IMG/VR virus record: IMGVR_UViG_3300037183_000089
Location: 1 to 34,894 of that record
Length of the DNA: 34,894 bases
Reading direction: 5' to 3' (one strand)
Origin: a virus
Taxonomy: Duplodnaviria; Caudoviricetes
Shown: positions 29,795 through 34,894 of the stretch, piece after piece
How the letters are laid out: every line of letters starts with the position of its first letter
Position numbering within the stretch: position 1 is the stretch's first letter
The notes under the pieces: model-generated
Database searches by the model: none
What the model saw: the letters and a program-made list of their open reading frames with translations, nothing else
Told to the model about the DNA's origin: nothing
Translations under genes and position numbers: made by a program

Positions 29795-30933
29795 TAGAAC
29801 CCGGTGGCGATCCCTTTGAGAACCGCCTTTTTCTTCCGTTCAGGGGCGGTCCGCTGTTTGTAGCGTCTGACGGCTTCAGAAGCACGACGAGAGCCGACGC
29901 CCGATTCTTTAGCGACGATGGCTTCCAGGCCAGCCCATTCCTGGGGAGTCTTCGGAACGCCATTGGCTTGGATCGTCCGGCCCACGGCAGCCGCAGCATC
30001 TTGGTTGCTTTCCTTCTGGTTGCGCCGCTGGGTTGGAGTTAGACCGCCTCCGTGCTTGGCTTCCCTGGCTTCGCGCTTGACTTTCCGTCCAGCCTGATTC
30101 GTTTTGCGGGTTTCGTTTTTGAGCTGGGCTTCGGAGATCCCCAGTTTCGCTTCGTCTATCGAGCGGCCTGCCGCGCCTTCTCGCGCTTTCAGCCTGCGAT
30201 CCTTAGCGGCTTCCCTTGCACCTAGGGCCGATTCCTTGGTCTTCTGTCCAAAGGCTTGTTTCTGAATCACGTAGTCCCGCGCACCTTCGCGCAGTTTCTC
30301 CAGGTTCGCCACGACCGCCTGACCGCGCTCCTTCTTACCTGCCCGAAGGTCTTCCTTGATTTTGCGACGGCGTGAGGTCTCGGCTTTGTGGGCCTCTATG
30401 CCGCGTTCTGTGGCTGAGATACCGCGTTGGCCTAGGTAGTTCTGGTAGCTGGCTCTTTCGGCACTGAGGGGCGACGTGAGGGCGACTCGTTGCTGGGCTA
30501 CGGCCTGAGCGCCTTTGGCAGCTTCGGCCTGCCCGGCGCTGTTCGTAGGGCCTCCGAGGAGTTTGGCGAGATCGGCGTTCTGAGAAGCCTGTGCCTGAAG
30601 TGCTGAGGAATCCGAAGCGCTAGCATTGGCGAGCCGCTGCGTTAGAGCCGACTCAGCAAGACCGGAAGACGTAGCGGCACTTTGCTGTGCTGCCTGGTTT
30701 TGAGCAGTCAGCCCTCCGTACCAGTCTTTGAGTTCGCCTTCGCGCTTGTTGGAGCCAGCGACTTCGCTCTTGAGGCCCCGAAGGACGGGCGTGTATTCCT
30801 TGCGCGCCTCGGCTCCTGCGATGTGCCGGGCTTTCTTCGGAGTCGGGGATTCGATGAATCGGGACTGCGCTTTGCGTTCCCGTGTTTCACGCTTGAGCTG
30901 CCGATTAATTTGGTTACGACGCTGCTTAGGCAT
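29794..30933 (-). CDS. Putative internal virion / ejection protein
   Basis: Basic, Ala/Gln-rich and helical; ATG 30933 after GAGGA. Confidence 0.6.
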   Translation of the reverse strand: MPKQRRNQINRQLKRETRERKAQSRFIESPTPKKARHIAGAEARKEYTPVLRGLKSEVAGSNKREGELKDWYGGLTAQNQAAQQSAATSSGLAESALTQRLANASASDSSALQAQASQNADLAKLLGGPTNSAGQAEAAKGAQAVAQQRVALTSPLSAERASYQNYLGQRGISATERGIEAHKAETSRRRKIKEDLRAGKKERGQAVVANLEKLREGARDYVIQKQAFGQKTKESALGAREAAKDRRLKAREGAAGRSIDEAKLGISEAQLKNETRKTNQAGRKVKREAREAKHGGGLTPTQRRNQKESNQDAAAAVGRTIQANGVPKTPQEWAGLEAIVAKESGVGSRRASEAVRRYKQRTAPERKKKAVLKGIATGF

Positions 30934-31017
30934 CTGGTCCTCTGGTAGGTTTGACAAACCGACTTGGGCTAGCCGCTTGCGGAGTGGCCCAGGGAATCGA
31001 AGACCCAGGAGGGTTGC

Positions 31018-31293
31018 ATGGATCTCTCAACTGCGTTGGCAGTTTTTAGCAATTTGGAGAAGCTCTACTACGAAGAAGACGATGGGCTGATCTCTGACAA
31101 CGAGCCGATCCTTGATGTGAGGCTAGATGCAGCCCATTCCTCAGAGGACTTTAAGCGCACTTACCGCGTCCGCGTCTCCCTTGCCGCAATTAAGGACGTT
31201 ACGGGAGAGACCTGGGATCTCGTATTGAGGGTAGCCAAGGAGCACGGGTTGACAACAAACCTTCAGAACAACGGCATGGAGCTTTGGTCATGA
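31018..31293 (+). CDS. Acidic hypothetical protein (antisense insertion)
   Basis: AGGAGG RBS; ATGA-coupled to the next gene. Confidence 0.7.
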   Translation: MDLSTALAVFSNLEKLYYEEDDGLISDNEPILDVRLDAAHSSEDFKRTYRVRVSLAAIKDVTGETWDLVLRVAKEHGLTTNLQNNGMELWS

Positions 31294-31478
31294 CGATGAA
31301 GAACGGCTACCACAGCGGCTACCGAGTTAGCGCCACCGGAACTTTGCGAGTTCCGCCACGCGTTGCCAACTTGGTTCCTTCGACCGCTCGCTTTGACTGC
31401 GAGCTAACCGAGGAGGGAATCTTGTATCGCCTCTGCAAGGACAGCGTCGACCCCCCTGATTGGACCAAAAACCCCTAG
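31290..31478 (+). CDS. AbrB/MazE/SpoVT-like small DNA-binding protein
   Basis: YRVSATGTLRVPPRVA...FDCELTEEGILYR swapped-hairpin pattern. Confidence 0.65.
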   Translation: MTMKNGYHSGYRVSATGTLRVPPRVANLVPSTARFDCELTEEGILYRLCKDSVDPPDWTKNP

Positions 31479-32242
31479 CGTTTTCCCTTCTTGGGCGGAG
31501 GGTTAAAAGGTTTGATGTAACCCGCGCCCTTCCCCTTCGGCGCTTGGCCCTTGTAGCCCTTCGGTCCGTAGCTGATACCGCCAGGCGCAGCCGAGGGCGC
31601 GGGTTCAGGCGCTTCTTCTCTCGCCCGTTCGATAGCGGCCAGCTGCGCTTCTTCGGCCTGTTGCTGGACTTCGTGCTGGGTTGCCACTTCTTCTCGTTCG
31701 ACCCGAGCACGTCTAGCCTCGTAATCTTCTTTCAGGTGCGCGGAGCCTTCGTTGTAGCCCCGTTCGGCCTGACCAAGGTGGTTGATCGTCGCGCCTGAGT
31801 AGAGCTGACCGGGGCGCTGGTTGATCCCCCTCGTGGCGATTTCTTTCTGACGCACGAGCAGGGAGGCCTGAGAGTAGGGGTTGTTTTCGTAGCCAGCGCC
31901 TAGGCCAATGGAGCGCTGTTCTGCATCCCAGTTGCCGCGTAGTCCCGCGAGTTTGTCTTCCGCGTTGCGGTAGCTTCCCGCGGATTCCAGCGTTGCCTGC
32001 GAATCCCAGGGCATAGCCGTAGAGGCCTGTGGGAGGCCTGTAGGCGCCACGGAACCCGCTCCCTGACCCCCAGACCCCGCTCCCCCCTTGTAGCCCGCAG
32101 CAGCTCTCGCAGGCGCTCTACGGGAAACCCCTCTGTTCGCGCCAGCTTTCTGATCCTGAGACACGCCAGCGGTCAAGCGGGGTTGCGGCGGGCGGTTGGA
32201 AGCTACGGCTGCGCGTATGACCGCTCGGCGAGGACGAGCCAT
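31475..32242 (-). CDS. Putative internal virion / ejection protein
   Basis: Basic termini and a central Q/A/E coiled coil with GQLYSG. Confidence 0.6.
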   Translation of the reverse strand: MARPRRAVIRAAVASNRPPQPRLTAGVSQDQKAGANRGVSRRAPARAAAGYKGGAGSGGQGAGSVAPTGLPQASTAMPWDSQATLESAGSYRNAEDKLAGLRGNWDAEQRSIGLGAGYENNPYSQASLLVRQKEIATRGINQRPGQLYSGATINHLGQAERGYNEGSAHLKEDYEARRARVEREEVATQHEVQQQAEEAQLAAIERAREEAPEPAPSAAPGGISYGPKGYKGQAPKGKGAGYIKPFNPPPKKGKR

Positions 32243-32248
32243 GTGGGG

Positions 32249-32836
32249 CTAGTAGAGCTTCCGCTTAGCGCGTCCTAGAGCCGCTGAGCGCTTAGCTCTG
32301 ATTTGGCCCTGTGCGAACGGACCGGAGATTCCTTTCGCTCCGCCCTGCCCGAAGACCTTCGTCCGCCAATCTGAACCGAAGGCTTTCTGGAGCATAGCCC
32401 GCTGTTTGGCGACTTTGGCAGCTTGGCCCTGATTGATCGCTCCGCTCTGTACGCGGTTGGAGAGCTGAGCGCCTAGCTTGGGCTGCATCGCTCCGCCTAC
32501 GCCGGGAGAACCGGGTTGACGGATACCCGAGGCCCTGGCTGTGTTACCAGGCTTGGAGGGGTAGCGGATCGGAGGGATACCAGCAGGTAGGGTCTTGGCT
32601 CCGGCGGGTCCTTTGGCCAGTCCTTCGCGGATCTGCTTCCTACGGGCGTTGGGGGCTTCTGTGCCGCCCGACTTCCCCATGCCCTGGAGGATCATTGCTC
32701 TGCGATTCATCTTGCTCCTATCCATGAGAGGACGGTTGCGGTTTTCAAGTTCTCGTTTGACTTTGGGGCTGAGCGTGACGTTGCCAAGGATCTGCTTCGG
32801 GCTGCCTTCGTTGCGATGTCCTCTGGCTCCTGGCAT
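32249..32836 (-). CDS. Highly basic Gly/Arg-rich protein, putative internal virion protein
   Basis: Composition and position in the structural block. Confidence 0.6.
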   Translation of the reverse strand: MPGARGHRNEGSPKQILGNVTLSPKVKRELENRNRPLMDRSKMNRRAMILQGMGKSGGTEAPNARRKQIREGLAKGPAGAKTLPAGIPPIRYPSKPGNTARASGIRQPGSPGVGGAMQPKLGAQLSNRVQSGAINQGQAAKVAKQRAMLQKAFGSDWRTKVFGQGGAKGISGPFAQGQIRAKRSAALGRAKRKLY

Positions 32837-33121
32837 CTATTCACCGATGCATTGGAAGGAGAACGCCGTATCGCCCAGAAGGAGGGTTGCCAGGAGCGTA
32901 AATTTGACGATGAAGCCTTTCTTAGAAACTTCGCTGAGGGAAACCGCTGAAGCGTTTCCAATCGGGTTGACGCCTACGGATGCGTATTCGATGAATTCCG
33001 GTTTGTAAGTGATTTTGTAGGTGCCGGTCGCCGTTTTTTCAGACGTGAAGTTTTCAAAGGCTTCCTTGACGGTGCCGTTGGCGTTGATGATCCCGGTGAC
33101 GCCTAGCTGTGCAGCGGGCAT
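32837..33121 (-). CDS. Small fibre-associated beta protein
   Basis: GIINANG...TATGTYKITY...FSFQCIG pattern seen at fibre C-termini. Confidence 0.65.
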   Translation of the reverse strand: MPAAQLGVTGIINANGTVKEAFENFTSEKTATGTYKITYKPEFIEYASVGVNPIGNASAVSLSEVSKKGFIVKFTLLATLLLGDTAFSFQCIGE

Positions 33122-33131
33122 AGCTTTCCCC

Positions 33132-34427
33132 CTAGGTCACGGCTCTCCAGAAGACCGTGACTTTTTTGGTTGATTGGTTGCGGATCGTGAATTTGGTTGC
33201 ACTTCGCGCCTTGATCAGAAGATTGATGTTGACGTTCTCGTTAATCATCCCCGTCAGATGAATCTCTTTTGGTTCAGCCCCGAGTTCGTGGGTCACTTCG
33301 ACTTCTGATTCAAGAGCGAGTTCCAGCGAACCAAAGTTTTCTTTGTGATCGGCGGCGGTCAGCGATTCGATCAGCTGGACGAACAACCGCTTGCTCGTGG
33401 TGGAGAGCGTCGGGTTCGGGTAGGTACCGGTCAGTCCTCCGCCTGCGTTGCCGGTAGGAGCGGCGGTGAAGGCTGAGAATGCCTGGGCCGTTGTTCCGAT
33501 GGTAATCGGGTTTTCAGTCGTCAGAACCCAGCTCGAAGCTTTGTTCGTCGTCCCCAGCGTGACGAGGACGAACATGCCGGTTTTGACCTCTTCGGTTTCG
33601 TCCGCATCTTTGGTCCTGGTCAAGATCCATTTCGAGCCGGAGCCGAATGTCCCCGAGCCACCGAATTTGCCCGTGCCTCCAAAGGCTTCGTCAGTCGTTA
33701 CTTCGTAAATTCCGTTCTGGGCTTCAGAGACCTGGTTCTTGATCAAGACCCTTGTGCCTGCGCTCCAAGCCGAGTTCCCGTCAATCGTCAGCGGAGCAGT
33801 TCCTTCAAGCGTTTTTTCGGTCGCTTTGGTGACCGTCAGCGCCGCGGTCGTGGCGTAGTTGACCGGGTTCTTGATCGTCAGCCCAGCCGCAGCGGCGGAG
33901 GCTAGGGCTTTTGCCGTTTCTTCAGCTTCGAGGAGGACCGAGGCAATCGTTTTGCCGGAGTCTTTGGCGATCTTCCCGGTGGTTCCCGAGAAGAGGACGA
34001 TATCGCTTTCTATGGCTGAGGCCGGACCTTTGATCCGTTCGTTGTCCGCCGTTTCCCTGGCGCTTTTCTCAGTGGCTACTTCACCTTTGATCCCGGTGTC
34101 AGCAGCTTCCCGCGCTTCTTTCTCGGCTTTGACCGCCGCTTCTCTCGAAGCTTTCTCAGCTTCCCCTTCAGCTTTGAGAATCCCGTCTACTTCTTTGCGG
34201 GCCGTCGTCTCGTTTTCGAGTTCGGCTTTGTAGGCAGGTTCTTTGGCGAATTCGGGGTTGGGGTATTCCCCTTTGAGAACGCCTCCGGCTTTGCCCGAAG
34301 CGGGGAGACCTTTTTTGATCGTTTCGAGAAGCAATCGTTCCGCTTCTCCGCCACGATGCCGGATGTCGCGCAAGTTTCGCTCTGTAGCGACATCTCGGAC
34401 GGTTCCCCCCGCTACGGGCCAGGTCAT
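33132..34427 (-). CDS. Tail or head fibre protein
   Basis: AEKxAREAA coiled repeats; two AGGxLxGxYPNP motifs; RVLIKNQ...QNGIY...LTR..DAD fibre domain. Confidence 0.75.
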   Translation of the reverse strand: MTWPVAGGTVRDVATERNLRDIRHRGGEAERLLLETIKKGLPASGKAGGVLKGEYPNPEFAKEPAYKAELENETTARKEVDGILKAEGEAEKASREAAVKAEKEAREAADTGIKGEVATEKSARETADNERIKGPASAIESDIVLFSGTTGKIAKDSGKTIASVLLEAEETAKALASAAAAGLTIKNPVNYATTAALTVTKATEKTLEGTAPLTIDGNSAWSAGTRVLIKNQVSEAQNGIYEVTTDEAFGGTGKFGGSGTFGSGSKWILTRTKDADETEEVKTGMFVLVTLGTTNKASSWVLTTENPITIGTTAQAFSAFTAAPTGNAGGGLTGTYPNPTLSTTSKRLFVQLIESLTAADHKENFGSLELALESEVEVTHELGAEPKEIHLTGMINENVNINLLIKARSATKFTIRNQSTKKVTVFWRAVT

Positions 34428-34432
34428 CTACA

Positions 34433-34894
34433 TCAACGCACCTTTTCGAAGACCGCGCGACCGATTTTGAAGTCGGTCCCATACGAGTCTTCGAAGAGTT
34501 CTTCGGTCCCACCGGTTTCCTGGTAGACCCGAGCCTCTAGGTAATCCCCGCCTTCTAGCCATGCCTGTGCCTGGCAGAACTCGCTCTTGTTCGAAGAAGA
34601 TCCCTGGAACTCGGCGATCTTATTCAAGCTGCTGCCATTGACCGTCACGGAGACCAATCGTTCTCCGGCAGTTGAGCCAGCCCACCGGATTGAGAAGCCG
34701 AGGCGGTAGAGCCCTTCGTCGGGAGCCACAAAGCGCGTTTTGTTGGTGCTCGTCCAGCACTGGCCTTCATTGAAGCAGAGGGCTCCTGCGTCGGAGTCCC
34801 AGGCGATAGCCGTGCCCGTAGCGTTAGGAATTTTCTTTTTGGCCGTCAGGATGACCGAGCAGCCGTAAGAGGAGACGCCGAAGCGTCCCCTCCC
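34433..34894 (-). CDS. Fibre protein C-terminus with C1q/TNF-like domain (5' truncated)
   Basis: Frame is open to the window end; TAIAWD...TRFVAPDEGLYRL...GDYLEARVYQ. Confidence 0.7.
   Translation of the reverse strand, partial: GRGRFGVSSYGCSVILTAKKKIPNATGTAIAWDSDAGALCFNEGQCWTSTNKTRFVAPDEGLYRLGFSIRWAGSTAGERLVSVTVNGSSLNKIAEFQGSSSNKSEFCQAQAWLEGGDYLEARVYQETGGTEELFEDSYGTDFKIGRAVFEKVR

Noticed and set aside
30951-30975. TTGACA upstream of the 31018 cassette
   Set aside because: No TANNNT at 16-18 nt spacing, so it was not called as a promoter.
1132-34512. Many 60-220 aa ORFs overlapping the long minus-strand genes on the opposite strand or in other frames
   Set aside because: Typical high-GC shadow ORFs with no start signals or motifs.
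1-34894. tRNA, tmRNA, CRISPR array, integrase/att, reverse transcriptase or DGR, alternative genetic code
   Set aside because: No T-loop cloverleaf, regularly spaced repeats, recombinase or RT motifs, or TR/VR pair were seen, and long genes read intact in the standard code. This was checked by eye only.

Overview
The window is most of a tailed dsDNA phage genome (GC roughly 60% by eye), read almost entirely on the minus strand. It looks circularly permuted. The left edge cuts the 5' part of a portal-like gene and the right edge cuts a tail-fibre gene, so the capsid and tail core genes probably lie outside the window. In transcription order (right to left) it holds: fibre genes, a block of very basic putative internal/ejection proteins (podovirus-like, no tape measure seen), a membrane-rich lysis cassette with a coiled-coil NlpC/P60 lysin, an Hjc-type resolvase, an SSB-like protein, many small regulators, a replication-initiator-like protein, TerS, a candidate genome-end region, a displaced lysozyme-like/NlpC/P60 virion hydrolase, an intein-split TerL, a possible head-spike pair and the portal. 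Six small plus-strand cassettes are inserted antisense. Protein motifs and many leaderless TANNNT-N6/7-start promoters suggest an actinobacterial host, probably Thermoleophilia (inference). No integrase, polymerase, helicase, primase, tRNA or CRISPR array was recognised. The main unexplained features are non-coding: a dispersed palindromic operator at eight promoter sites, a short antisense RNA beside a hairpin and G-tract region upstream of the replication gene, a stand-alone sRNA, and a 430-nt structured RNA region before terS. All product calls rest on recalled motifs, not on database searches.
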